NCBI GenBank assembly: GCA_022709525.1
Contig: JAKLIQ010000004.1
Coordinates: forward strand, 9,260-73,259
DNA from: Candidatus Omnitrophota bacterium
GTDB lineage: Bacteria > Omnitrophota > Omnitrophia > Omnitrophales > Aquincolibacteriaceae
Direction of reading: 5' to 3'
Length of the DNA: 64,000 nucleotides
In this document: piece by piece, positions 39,767 to 49,363 of the stretch
Layout: each line of letters starts with the position of its first letter
Numbering within the stretch: the stretch's first letter is position 1
Notes under the pieces: model-generated
Database searches by the model: none
Told to the model about the DNA's origin: nothing
What the model saw: the letters and a program-made list of their open reading frames with translations, nothing else
Program-made: the position numbers and the translations under genes

Positions 39767-42700
39767 ATGCATAAGGGCCTTAGGGCGGTCTCAATAGCCA
39801 CCTTGGTGTGCTTTTTGACGACGCAGTGTGCCTGGGGCGCTCCCGGGGCTTCCATCGAATTAGCTGGGGCGCGCGAGTTGCCCGGCTATCTAAGCATCGA
39901 TGTTCCGGCCGAATTCGGGACCGTTGATGCGCTCTACGAAGCTCCTTCTTCCGCCAACCCTCAATTCGTCCTTCATATCCAGAACGCCCACGCGAATTAT
40001 CAGGCCCAGATGAAGATCAAGCAGCTGCTGGGCTACATGAATAAAAAATACGGCTTCAAAACTATTTTCGTGGAAGGCGCCTCCGAAAAACTCGATCCGG
40101 ATTATCTGCGTCTTTTCCCCGACGAAGAACGCAACCTCAAGCTTTGCGATGAGCTCGCCAAACAGGGAGAGCTTACCGGCGCGGAACTTTATCTGATGGA
40201 GGCGGACAAAGATATCGAAGCGCTCGGCATCGAACAAGCCGCGCTTTATAGATCGAATTATGAAGCGCTCAAAAAAGTATTCGGCGCTGAAGCCGATGTG
40301 AATCGATTTTTCAAAGGGTTTGACGGAAAACTCGACCGCATTGCTTCAAAAACCTTTACGCCCGAAACCCGCGAACTGATCGCGGATTGGAAGCGATTCG
40401 AGCAGGGCCGCCGGGAATTCATGCCGTTTGTCAAATCTCTCGCCCAGAAATCCAAGAAGATCCTGAACGTCGATCTTGAAAGCCTCTTTGCGCAAGTTGG
40501 CTGGCCGCAGATCACGCGCCTGTTGGTGGTCCAGCAGATGGAAAAAGAGCTGGACCGGGCCAAAGGTGTCGCCGAAAAAGAGACGCTTCTTAAAGCCCTT
40601 CGCGAGAAGGGGGCTTCCAAAGAGCTTATCGCGGCGGTCGAGAATTTCAGCGAAGGCTCCATCAGCGTCGGAAAGTCCACGCAGGAAGTTTCGCCGCGCG
40701 AGGTGCTCGAGCGGCTTGCTTCGGAAATGGGCCCCAAAGGCTTTAAATTCAGCGATTATCCCGCGTTCAGTCTTTATGCCGGTTACGTGACCCTCCGTTT
40801 CGAGCTCGATGCAAAAGTCCTCTTCGAAGAGATCGAATACCTTTTTACGCAGATACTCGATACTCTGGCGACAGAGCCTCAGCAAAAAACGCTTTTGGCT
40901 CTTTACCGGGATGGCGAGCTTTTGCGTAAATTGCTCCATCTTGAACTCAACCGGACGCAGTGGCGTGAAGTATCCACGGCTCAGGACCGGATCGCGGTTC
41001 CGTCACTTGTTGCACGCCTCAAAGCGGCGGTGCAGACCACAGACCGCAGACCACAGACTACTGACCAAAGCAAAAAAGATTCTGAGCTCCAGTCTCCAGT
41101 CTCCAGTCTCCAGTCTGTTGGCGATGTCATGCCTCCCGCATTCGCCAAAAAAATGGGTGAGATCTTTAACGCCGGAATCGAGTTCTATGGGTTTGCCCGT
41201 CAGCGCGAAAGTGTTTTCTATAAAGAGATGCAGACGGCGATGAGCGAGCGGAGGATCACGAAAGCCGTTCTTATCACCGGCGGTTTCCACACCGACGGCA
41301 TGAGCGACCTTTTCCGTGAGAACGCCGTCAGTTACGGCATCGTCACCCCGCGTCTTTCCGAAAGATCCAACGAAGGCCTCTATCGCCGCATTATGTTCCA
41401 GGATGAACATGTGCCTTTTAATCTGTCTTATTTAGAAGCGGCTCCTCATTTAGCCGACCTTGCCACGATTGAAAATCAGGGCCTTGTTCCGCTAGATAGT
41501 CTCAAGCCGATTCTTAAACAATTTATCGATGTCGGAAATTTCGGAAATCTTAACGAAGCTGCTATCGCAGCGTTTAATGCCATTACTACCGGTCCAAGAT
41601 ATAACGGCGTCAAAGTCACGCTCGAGCTGCGAGGGGATTATGTCAAAGTGAATGTCGTGGAAAAAGCGATCGAAGGTGGCGTTGCAATTGAATTCGGGTC
41701 GATGGCCCAAATGGCAACTCCGGAAGTTGCTGTTGCAAGGCAAGTGGCGCCTACTACACGTGCTTCTTCGCTCTGGAATTCATTGATGATCGGTTTGAGC
41801 TTATTTCTCGCAGCTCTCAATGGGTATGCGCAGGATGCCGGAGAATTTGTGGAATCATTTCTTTTGAATGGCCGGCCAGCGGCTCTTTATATTGTTAATA
41901 ATGATTACACCGGTGTTGAGAAAACGACGAATTTCTATAAATCCTGGGTAGCGACAACCCCAAAAACTTTAATGAAGGGCGATGCTGCCGTAGCGCTTGT
42001 TGAAGGAAATGGAATACGTTTAGGTTCAACCGGAGAGGTGGCTGTTGCAAGCGCCAAAACATCTGAGCCCGGATCTGACACGCAGAAGATGACGGCGCCC
42101 CTTGTGACCGAAACGGCGCTTTCTACGATTGAGATTGATACTACGCAAATTCCTGACTATATCGCAAATGAGATAGTTGGGAGGACCGGGAGCAACGTTG
42201 TTCAAATTTTTGACCCGAAGACAGGATCTTTTACGCCAGTCGCATTAACTCCTAAGTCTAGAGGCAAGAGAGGTCGCTCCGAGCTAAGAAAGATCATCCC
42301 CGTTGTGATCGCTGCTGCGCTTACCGCTAGCGCAGTTTTGGCTCAAGAATTAGCCAAAACTGCCACAGCAAAAGAAACGCAAAAGAAAGAATTTGTAGCC
42401 CCAGAAGTTAAAGAGCAGCCGATTCCCGTTGCTGCTGACGGAACGGTTAAGGTTCCTCAAGATCCAGAAAAAAATACGGATTATTATTTTATAGTGGGTG
42501 ATACCAAATTTGTTTTGTATTTAAATGATCCCAAACAGATCATCATTCATCCGGAAAGCGCCCCGGAAGATAATATGGGCTTTCCATACGAAAGCATTCG
42601 CATTTCAAAAAAGGATGTCGTAGGTTTAAAAGTTTCAACTGATGTAAGAACCGGACATCTTTTTGGTATTGGAAATGGGACCTTTAATATCGTTGTTCCC

Positions 42701-45700
42701 CTTTTAACCGATGGAACGACAGGTAGGCCCAAGGAAGCTCCCGCAACACGTCGTAAATTTGGAAGCGGCTATGCCGCTGCTAGGATGACGATGTTTCAGA
42801 CTTTGTTTTTGGTCGGGCTAATTAATTTCATGTCGGCAATAACAGTCAAAGCCCAAGATGCCGGAGAGTTTTTGGAGACTTTTCTTATGAATGGTAAGCC
42901 GAGAGCTGCTTTTATAGTCAATAGAGATTACACTCGCGTTGAATCAACTACGAACTACGTCTCATGGCAGGGCCAAACTCCTAATTATCCTTTGATGGCG
43001 GGGCAAGGCGGAGTTGTGCCTATCTCGGGAAATGCAATACGTTTGGCTTCAACCAGTGAGGTAGCAGCTGCAAAGTCGGCATCTCGACTTGCTACCGATT
43101 CAACTTCAAAAGCGATATTTGATCCCACTCGAGTTCCTGCCGACATCAGAGATAAATTTCTTGGAGCTGGCGCAACCGTTGTGCAAATTTTTGATGAAAA
43201 CACCGGAACATTTACGCCGATATCCTTGGTTCCAGTAGCCCCTGAAGAAGCAGCTGCTCCGGAAGCTGCCACGGCAGAGCCCGGCCTTGAAACACCCGTA
43301 GAGCCGGTCGGAATGGATGCCGAAAGGATTAGCACAGCTATTGATGAGATGGCTGTAGAAGAAATGCCTAGCAATATTACTTTGTCCGCCGAAGGCGATG
43401 CTTTAAGCGTTAATGTGTCTGTCCCCACTTCGGATTTTGGAAATCCTGTGATCCGGCCGCTACTGATTTCGCCGGTGCTTGCATTTGCCGCTTATGAAGG
43501 CGCGCTTTACGTGGTAGAGAGAAACGGGGTTTTTGACAAGTTTACTTCAGAAAACGTTTTGGTCGAACCTGTCAGCGAAGAGACGCCCATTACAGATGGA
43601 CGCTTTCAAATTCCTTTCGAAGAACTTCCTGAAGATCTTCAAAAGGAATGGTCCGGTTTTCGCTCCGAGGCGCGAGATGAAATTTCTCAATTAATCAAAG
43701 ATTCTGAAGCTTTCTTGGATTCGGAAGAGATAGAATCTCTTTTAGAACTTTGGGTCGAAACGGGTGACATCAGCAAGGTGTTAGAGTCATTACAAAAAAT
43801 GAAAGAAGATCCTGTGCCAGCCGTAACAAGTTTTGTGCCTATTTTGGCGGGGGTGGCGGGGAGTCTGGTCGCGGCCTTCATGTTGTTCCATCTTATATTT
43901 TCTGGTGCAATGCTTCATTCTGCTATATCAAGTCTAGGAACCACCGGACCAATAATGTTTGTTGGCGTGACGTCGATATTTGCAGGAGTGTGGCTGGGGG
44001 CAAAAGCCGCCGTAGAAACAATGGATAATAATACTCAGATCAGGGAACTAAGTGAAAAAATCCGGGAAACGCATCGCTTCGAAAAAGATGTCCCATTCGC
44101 GAATCTTAAACCGATATCCGGGGATACTCGTGAGATATTGAGAGATAAGCTAAACAAAATCAATGTGGTTATACGCGAACTTCTTGAAAAATATGAATCA
44201 AGGGATAATCTTCCAGAGGTTGAACGTCAATCCGTTTTGCCGGAATTGGCGCAAGCCCGAAACATTCACACTTCGATCTTGGAAGCTCTCAGCCGCTCCG
44301 AGGCGAGGGAATTGCCGGAAGAAACGCGGTCGCAGGTAACGCAAGGGTTAAAAGAACGTTCGCGAAGCACTGTCTTATATGTAACCCAAGCATGGCTAAA
44401 TGCTTCACAAGGGTTAGTGGAGTTTCTTCGAAGCACTGCGCAGTATACGGTTCGGGGCCCATGGGTCGTGATGTCTGTGTTGGCTGTTCTCGGCGCCGTC
44501 TTTATAGGCCCCGCATTTTTACTGATGGCGCTTCCCGTCTTGGTAGCAAGTATGTTGGCTCCGATTGCCGATCGTCTAACGCCTCAGCGAGCGCCTGCCG
44601 TCGTTCTCGATGAAGGGAATACCGTGCCGGCAACAACCTTTGCTCAGCTGGGATCGGCGGCCCAGACTATTATGCAGCCCATTTTTGGGTCAATGGCCAG
44701 GATGCCGGAGATCGTTGCAAGCCGAGAAGCTGTATGGAACGCGGTTAGCCGGCTTTATAATACGAATGAAAGGCAATATCCCTCCATCGAGGTGGTTGTG
44801 GTCAATGAAGGCATTCCTGATTTTAAGCAACAATATGCCGCAGGCCTATTTAGTGAACTAGAAAAACGCTTAGCGGAATTAGAAAACCAATCGCCGAAAA
44901 TTTACTCGATCCAATTTTTACCTGATGTCGACGGAAAAGCGTCGATCCGGGTTAACGTTTCTCCCCGCGCCGAGGCGAGATTGACCGATATGGACAAGGC
45001 CACTCTCAATATAGCGCTAGGTCGCGTTGCCACGGATAGAAACTTTAGCCGTTCTCTTCAACAAAAGGCCGGCGAATTAGCAAAAAAGCTGGATTCACCG
45101 GAGGGCATTTCAGAAGCCGAGTTAGCTGCCCAAATCGAAGGATTGCTTGCAACGATGCCGCGTGGTTTTACCTCAGATAATCAAATGCGACTACCCAACC
45201 CATGGTATGACCTGTTATCCAACGTCTTGGGCAAAATTGATCCCACAGCTACGGATCGTTTAATTCGTCCTTTTGCGATCGAACCCGGTCCGACTATGCC
45301 CGCCCTCGCCGAGGCGAGAGAGGTGCTTACAGCGGCTGATCTGCGGATGCTTTATATGAGCCGCGGCGGTGAACAGGATTATCGAGATGGAGTTGCTAAG
45401 TTTCATGATAGAGCTGATGCAGTAACGGGGCTTATTCCTCAGGGGGATACGGTTGCGGAACTTTCAAAGTTTACTGTTTACCCGGAAATGCAGTCGCTTT
45501 TCATCAACAAGATGAGATTGATTTTGGGGATGCTGCCCGGCGGCCTCGATGTTAGCGGCAGAAAGATTCTTTCGATTGGTCTCGGGGAAGGATCTTTTGA
45601 GAAAGCTATAAAAGATGAATTTCAGGCGCAGATATCAGGTTTTGAAATCTCAAAGGAGCTCGCCGCGCGCGCGCGTACAAAAGGCATCCAGGTTTCGGAA

Positions 45701-48403
45701 GAGCCCGCGGAGATCGGCATGCCAAAGTTGCCGGCCGCGTCGCAAGATGTTGTTTTGATCTCTGAGGCGATCGGATATTTGGATCTATCCGTAGTTTTCG
45801 CTGAAGCATATCGCGTTTTAAAACCGGGAGGGATGATCTTGATAGTACAATACCCCGTAACGTCCCAAAATGCGGGGAATATTTCGCCGACAGGGTTTAT
45901 TGACTACCCCTTCGACGATACGGTGACAGAAAATGGAGCAGTGGTCCAAGGGTACAAAATGGACCTAACAAACCTTCGTTTTGAGAACCCGAGTACTATC
46001 GCTCTAACAAGCCAGGAAGTTAAGAAGAAGGAGGAAGATGAAGGAATAACTTCGGATTGGTTTAAATATTTTAAGCGTGACGTTGTGGTTAATTTTCATT
46101 CTATGCAAAAGCCCGCCCGCGCCGAGGCGAGGACAGTATCCCCGCAACTGCTGGTGGTTGCGGCAAACGAGCGGCTCAGAAACGGAAATGTACCGCTTGC
46201 CGAACAAATGCCGTGGCTTACTGAGGAAGTGGGGTTTGGGAACAGATCTCAAGACCAACAGGAAGCAATATTAACTCGGATATTGTGGCTTAGAGAAAGA
46301 TCGGAGAATATCGAGAAGGTTCTTGCAAAACAGGATACGCCTCCTTCCGAAAGAGATTCTTTAACGCGTCTTTTTCAGAATTTTCAAAGCGAGCAAGTTT
46401 CCCTTGAATCCCGTCTTCCTCAGGGAGTGCTGGCCGCGCTTAATGTTGTTCGCGCCGAGGCGAGAATTCTTTCTGTAAAAGAAATTAATGAGGCAATCGA
46501 AGAGCACACGAGGAAAGTTCGCATTTTAACAATCGCTCCAAATGGGTCCAAAGTTTATACGGAGCCTTTTGAGGTTTCTTCGGCGGCAGCAGGAGCAACA
46601 GAAGGAACAAAAGACTTAATCCTATTTCGTTTAGCAAAATATGGTCGAGAGACCGGTGAAATTCGAAGTTTTCCTTCCGGAGAAATTTTGGGCATTGTGA
46701 GCGGATGGACCATGGAGACGCTGCGTGTTTATGATATTTCGCAGAAGCTTTTGTCGGAAAATCCTGAGTCGGAACTTTATATTGAAACCTACAAGCCGGT
46801 AAACGGGGGATATTTTGCAGATGTGAGATCGGGCAAGGTTAGATCGCTCGAATTTAATCCTGACAGTGGCTGGCTGACCGTTATTTGGGCCGATGGAGAT
46901 AAAAGTTTTTATCATGATACAGACCAACCTATTGCCGACACCGTGAGAACGTTGCCCTCAACGCAGGTTCCGATTCGCGCCGGGGCGAGGGGGCAAGCGA
47001 TTATCCTTGACGAGGGAAATGCCATTACACCAGAAAGTTTAAAAGTCATTTTAGAAACGGCTGGAAGCAACAATGTTACCTTATCTCAAGGACAGGTTTC
47101 TTATTCAGCGCCTGCAACCTCAGTAAGGGCGCAGTTAGATTTATTGAAGCCAAAAGGTCCTTTGACGCAAGCGGAGGTCATCAAGCTTTTGAATCTTGCT
47201 TCGGCTCGCGCGGACTTTGGAGTGGATCGGCCAAGTTCTTTTCCCGCTGATCTGAGCCCCGCAGTTTTCCAGAGGAGGGCGCCGGTCGTTCTTGATCCGG
47301 CCAACATCACTTCAGCAACGAGTTTAAAAATTGTATTAGAGGCAGCAGGAAATGCAGATGTGACATTATCTCAAGGAGAAGTGTCCTATTCGGCGCCAGC
47401 AACCTCAGTTCGGGAGCAATTGGATTTATTGGGAGCAAAAGGCCCTCTAACGCAGGAACAGATAATTAAATTATGGAATCTCGCATCGCCCCGCGCCGAG
47501 GCGAGGTCGATCGTGCAAGAGCGGCAGGATCTTGAAAAAGAGGTAGAAAATATTTTGTCTCAGGAGTATCCCGAGGAACTTCAAAAACTAAAGGAAAAAG
47601 CTTTGGAATTCGGCCTCGGGTCGCTCGATGAGGTTTTTGCGTATATTACGATACCAAGCTCTGGGGAAATGACGGCCAGGGGAGTGGTGGATAATCTGTT
47701 ACGTCTTGTTCAGGCCAAGCCGGGTGAAGTCAATTGGAAACATTTCTTCGCTGCGGCAATAGCTGCTCTTAAAGGTAATCCAATGATGGCGGTGTCCGAT
47801 ACTCCCGGCGGCACTGTGATCATGCGGGCTGCGGCGTTTGATTCAGTTGAACTTGAAAGTATGGCAACACGCCTCGAGACGAACACAGAATTAGTGGAAG
47901 GATATGTCATTCCCAGCGATGGCTCCGGGATAGATCAAGATAAGATCAGAGCCGATATTAATCGCATCAAGAACACTTTTGATCATAAGGGCCGTAAGAT
48001 CGGCGATCGTCTCAATGTTCAATTTGAAAAAGCTTCCAAGCTTTCCGAAAAGGCTCGAGCTCAAGCCGCAGCCATCAAGCGCGCGAATTCCATGAAAGAA
48101 AATTTTGCTGTGGCATTCCTGGTTGAAGAAGGTATCCAGACTACGGGTCAGTTCAACGGCACGGTTCTGCGCACCCAAGAAAAAGCAGCGAGGCAGAATG
48201 CGCCCGTGCGCAGTTGGCTTGCTTCCATGGTCGCGTTGAACGGCGTCGATCAGGTGAACCAATTGTTATTTAAACAATTGAATGACAGAAATGTTCTTAA
48301 ACCGAAAGGCGATGGGTACGAGATCGATGAAGCTTTGCTCAGTGGCCTCGCCAAGCTCTGGTCGGATATCTTGACCCAAAAAGCCACTTCAATCGCAGCA
48401 TAA
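39767..48403 (+). CDS. Giant (2878 aa) secreted/membrane multidomain protein of unknown function. It has a signal peptide, a TraB/GumN/Tiki-like N-terminal region (inference), two sets of tandem internal repeat modules, two TM clusters, and an embedded class I SAM-dependent methyltransferase domain.
   Basis: Signal peptide MHKGLRAVSIATLVCFLTTQCAWGAP. HIQNAHANY...IFVEGASE and ...LITGGFHTDG resemble the TraB/Tiki GTxH...E...GxxH motifs. Module A is at nt ~41828-42250 and ~42850-43235 (AQDAGEF..SFL.NG.P...VVQIFD..TG.FTP). Module B is at nt ~46996-47210 and ~47282-47505 (..LDEGN.ITPESLK..LE.AG...VTLSQG.VSYSAPATSVR.QLDLL...GPLTQ), with a partial copy at ~44596. TM clusters are at nt ~43815-44020 and ~44455-44580. 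MTase motifs ILSIGLGEGSFE / DVVLISEAIGYL / LKPGGMILIV are at nt ~45480-45900. GC content of the gene is lower than in neighbouring genes. Confidence 0.8.
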   Translation: MHKGLRAVSIATLVCFLTTQCAWGAPGASIELAGARELPGYLSIDVPAEFGTVDALYEAPSSANPQFVLHIQNAHANYQAQMKIKQLLGYMNKKYGFKTIFVEGASEKLDPDYLRLFPDEERNLKLCDELAKQGELTGAELYLMEADKDIEALGIEQAALYRSNYEALKKVFGAEADVNRFFKGFDGKLDRIASKTFTPETRELIADWKRFEQGRREFMPFVKSLAQKSKKILNVDLESLFAQVGWPQITRLLVVQQMEKELDRAKGVAEKETLLKALREKGASKELIAAVENFSEGSISVGKSTQEVSPREVLERLASEMGPKGFKFSDYPAFSLYAGYVTLRFELDAKVLFEEIEYLFTQILDTLATEPQQKTLLALYRDGELLRKLLHLELNRTQWREVSTAQDRIAVPSLVARLKAAVQTTDRRPQTTDQSKKDSELQSPVSSLQSVGDVMPPAFAKKMGEIFNAGIEFYGFARQRESVFYKEMQTAMSERRITKAVLITGGFHTDGMSDLFRENAVSYGIVTPRLSERSNEGLYRRIMFQDEHVPFNLSYLEAAPHLADLATIENQGLVPLDSLKPILKQFIDVGNFGNLNEAAIAAFNAITTGPRYNGVKVTLELRGDYVKVNVVEKAIEGGVAIEFGSMAQMATPEVAVARQVAPTTRASSLWNSLMIGLSLFLAALNGYAQDAGEFVESFLLNGRPAALYIVNNDYTGVEKTTNFYKSWVATTPKTLMKGDAAVALVEGNGIRLGSTGEVAVASAKTSEPGSDTQKMTAPLVTETALSTIEIDTTQIPDYIANEIVGRTGSNVVQIFDPKTGSFTPVALTPKSRGKRGRSELRKIIPVVIAAALTASAVLAQELAKTATAKETQKKEFVAPEVKEQPIPVAADGTVKVPQDPEKNTDYYFIVGDTKFVLYLNDPKQIIIHPESAPEDNMGFPYESIRISKKDVVGLKVSTDVRTGHLFGIGNGTFNIVVPLLTDGTTGRPKEAPATRRKFGSGYAAARMTMFQTLFLVGLINFMSAITVKAQDAGEFLETFLMNGKPRAAFIVNRDYTRVESTTNYVSWQGQTPNYPLMAGQGGVVPISGNAIRLASTSEVAAAKSASRLATDSTSKAIFDPTRVPADIRDKFLGAGATVVQIFDENTGTFTPISLVPVAPEEAAAPEAATAEPGLETPVEPVGMDAERISTAIDEMAVEEMPSNITLSAEGDALSVNVSVPTSDFGNPVIRPLLISPVLAFAAYEGALYVVERNGVFDKFTSENVLVEPVSEETPITDGRFQIPFEELPEDLQKEWSGFRSEARDEISQLIKDSEAFLDSEEIESLLELWVETGDISKVLESLQKMKEDPVPAVTSFVPILAGVAGSLVAAFMLFHLIFSGAMLHSAISSLGTTGPIMFVGVTSIFAGVWLGAKAAVETMDNNTQIRELSEKIRETHRFEKDVPFANLKPISGDTREILRDKLNKINVVIRELLEKYESRDNLPEVERQSVLPELAQARNIHTSILEALSRSEARELPEETRSQVTQGLKERSRSTVLYVTQAWLNASQGLVEFLRSTAQYTVRGPWVVMSVLAVLGAVFIGPAFLLMALPVLVASMLAPIADRLTPQRAPAVVLDEGNTVPATTFAQLGSAAQTIMQPIFGSMARMPEIVASREAVWNAVSRLYNTNERQYPSIEVVVVNEGIPDFKQQYAAGLFSELEKRLAELENQSPKIYSIQFLPDVDGKASIRVNVSPRAEARLTDMDKATLNIALGRVATDRNFSRSLQQKAGELAKKLDSPEGISEAELAAQIEGLLATMPRGFTSDNQMRLPNPWYDLLSNVLGKIDPTATDRLIRPFAIEPGPTMPALAEAREVLTAADLRMLYMSRGGEQDYRDGVAKFHDRADAVTGLIPQGDTVAELSKFTVYPEMQSLFINKMRLILGMLPGGLDVSGRKILSIGLGEGSFEKAIKDEFQAQISGFEISKELAARARTKGIQVSEEPAEIGMPKLPAASQDVVLISEAIGYLDLSVVFAEAYRVLKPGGMILIVQYPVTSQNAGNISPTGFIDYPFDDTVTENGAVVQGYKMDLTNLRFENPSTIALTSQEVKKKEEDEGITSDWFKYFKRDVVVNFHSMQKPARAEARTVSPQLLVVAANERLRNGNVPLAEQMPWLTEEVGFGNRSQDQQEAILTRILWLRERSENIEKVLAKQDTPPSERDSLTRLFQNFQSEQVSLESRLPQGVLAALNVVRAEARILSVKEINEAIEEHTRKVRILTIAPNGSKVYTEPFEVSSAAAGATEGTKDLILFRLAKYGRETGEIRSFPSGEILGIVSGWTMETLRVYDISQKLLSENPESELYIETYKPVNGGYFADVRSGKVRSLEFNPDSGWLTVIWADGDKSFYHDTDQPIADTVRTLPSTQVPIRAGARGQAIILDEGNAITPESLKVILETAGSNNVTLSQGQVSYSAPATSVRAQLDLLKPKGPLTQAEVIKLLNLASARADFGVDRPSSFPADLSPAVFQRRAPVVLDPANITSATSLKIVLEAAGNADVTLSQGEVSYSAPATSVREQLDLLGAKGPLTQEQIIKLWNLASPRAEARSIVQERQDLEKEVENILSQEYPEELQKLKEKALEFGLGSLDEVFAYITIPSSGEMTARGVVDNLLRLVQAKPGEVNWKHFFAAAIAALKGNPMMAVSDTPGGTVIMRAAAFDSVELESMATRLETNTELVEGYVIPSDGSGIDQDKIRADINRIKNTFDHKGRKIGDRLNVQFEKASKLSEKARAQAAAIKRANSMKENFAVAFLVEEGIQTTGQFNGTVLRTQEKAARQNAPVRSWLASMVALNGVDQVNQLLFKQLNDRNVLKPKGDGYEIDEALLSGLAKLWSDILTQKATSIAA

Positions 48404-48414
48404 GGCTTGATTTC

Positions 48415-48456
48415 CAAAAAGAGGGGTATGGAGCTTTCCATACCCCTCTTTTTTGT
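48415..48456 (+). terminator. Intrinsic terminator after the giant gene
   Basis: AAAAAGAGGGGTATGG-AGCTTT-CCATACCCCTC followed by TTTTTTG. Confidence 0.85.
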
Positions 48457-48496
48457 TTAAAATCTCTCTTGTTCTCTTTCCATCTTCTGCCTCTCA

Positions 48497-48524
48497 CCCT
48501 TGTACACACCCGGTGTGTACATTG
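48497..48524. repeat. Degenerate REP copy (CCCTTGTACACACCCGGTGTGTACATTG)
   Basis: Same family as 33900, with 3 mismatches. Confidence 0.8.
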
Positions 48525-48585
48525 TCGATAAATATATAAAATATTTACTTTAAATAATAATCATGTAGACTGTCTCCGCCGATAC

Positions 48586-48611
48586 CGCGGACACACCCGG
48601 TGTGGACAGGG
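48586..48611. repeat. Degenerate REP copy (CGCGGACACACCCGGTGTGGACAGGG) immediately 5' of the RAYT gene
   Basis: Same family. Confidence 0.8.
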
Positions 48612-48630
48612 TTTGAAAGGAGGGGAGAGC

Positions 48631-49278
48631 ATGGGATATCGAAAGGTCGCGTTAAAGACCGGGTGTCTTCATCATGTTTTTTCGAGGAGCATTGCGGGAT
48701 TTGAGATTTTCCGCTTTCGTGAAGAATATCTGAGAATGATGGAGACTCTCAAATTTTATCAAGTCGACAGGAGTGGAATCCGCTTTTCGAGAAAAAGCGC
48801 CGCTGACATTCAAAATTCATCGCATCCTAAGCCGGAGTTTCCCCATGTCCGGCTTATTGCATATTGCATCATGTCTACTCATGTTCATTTTATGCTTGAA
48901 CAGGTTATGGATGACGGGATCTCGAAATTTATGCGGTTAGTTCTTAACAGCTACGCCCGATATTTTAATACGAAAAGTGGTCGAAAGGGGCCGCTCTGGG
49001 AGTCGAGATTTGAAAATCGCCTTATTGAAACGGATGAATATGCGCTTCATCTTTCTCGATATATTCATCTCAACCCAACTTCTGCGGGGCTTGTGACGCG
49101 TCCCGAGGATTGGGAATTCTCATCCTATCTCGAATATCTGGGGGAAAACTCCGGCTCCCCACTTTGTGAATTCAAAAACGTCGTTTCCCTTTCGCCGGAA
49201 CTCTATAGGAAATTCACGGAGGACCGAAGCGATTATCAACGCGCGCTGCAGATGCTCAAAGCCCATCTGATCGATTGA
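48631..49278 (+). mobile_element. REP-associated tyrosine transposase (RAYT; IS200/IS605-like HuH Y1 transposase). The longest ORF starts at 48613; ATG 48631 with RBS AGGAGGGGAG is the more likely start.
   Basis: HuH motif (MSTHVHFML), catalytic Tyr region (LSRYIHLNPTSAGLV), and about 215 aa. It is flanked on both sides by REP palindromes (48586-48611 and 49280-49306). Confidence 0.85.
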
Positions 49279-49279
49279 A

Positions 49280-49306
49280 CCCTGTACACACCGGGTGTGT
49301 ACAGGG
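49280..49306. repeat. REP element (full 27-mer, CCGGG-core orientation) immediately 3' of the RAYT gene
   Basis: CCCTGTACACACCGGGTGTGTACAGGG. Confidence 0.9.
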
Positions 49307-49329
49307 TGAAAAAGGGAAGGAGAGGGGCA

Positions 49330-49357
49330 TTGACACCCGGAGCCCGGGGAGTATAAT
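49330..49357 (+). promoter_or_regulatory. Near-consensus sigma70 promoter (TTGACA, 16-nt spacer, TATAAT)
   Basis: cATTGACAcccggagcccggggagTATAATacg. Confidence 0.6.
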
Positions 49358-49363
49358 ACGCCC

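Noticed and set aside
39890-48262. Numerous 60-200-aa minus-strand ORFs inside the giant gene
   Set aside because: They are all short and antisense to one continuous 8.6-kb sense ORF that has a signal peptide, repeats and domain motifs.
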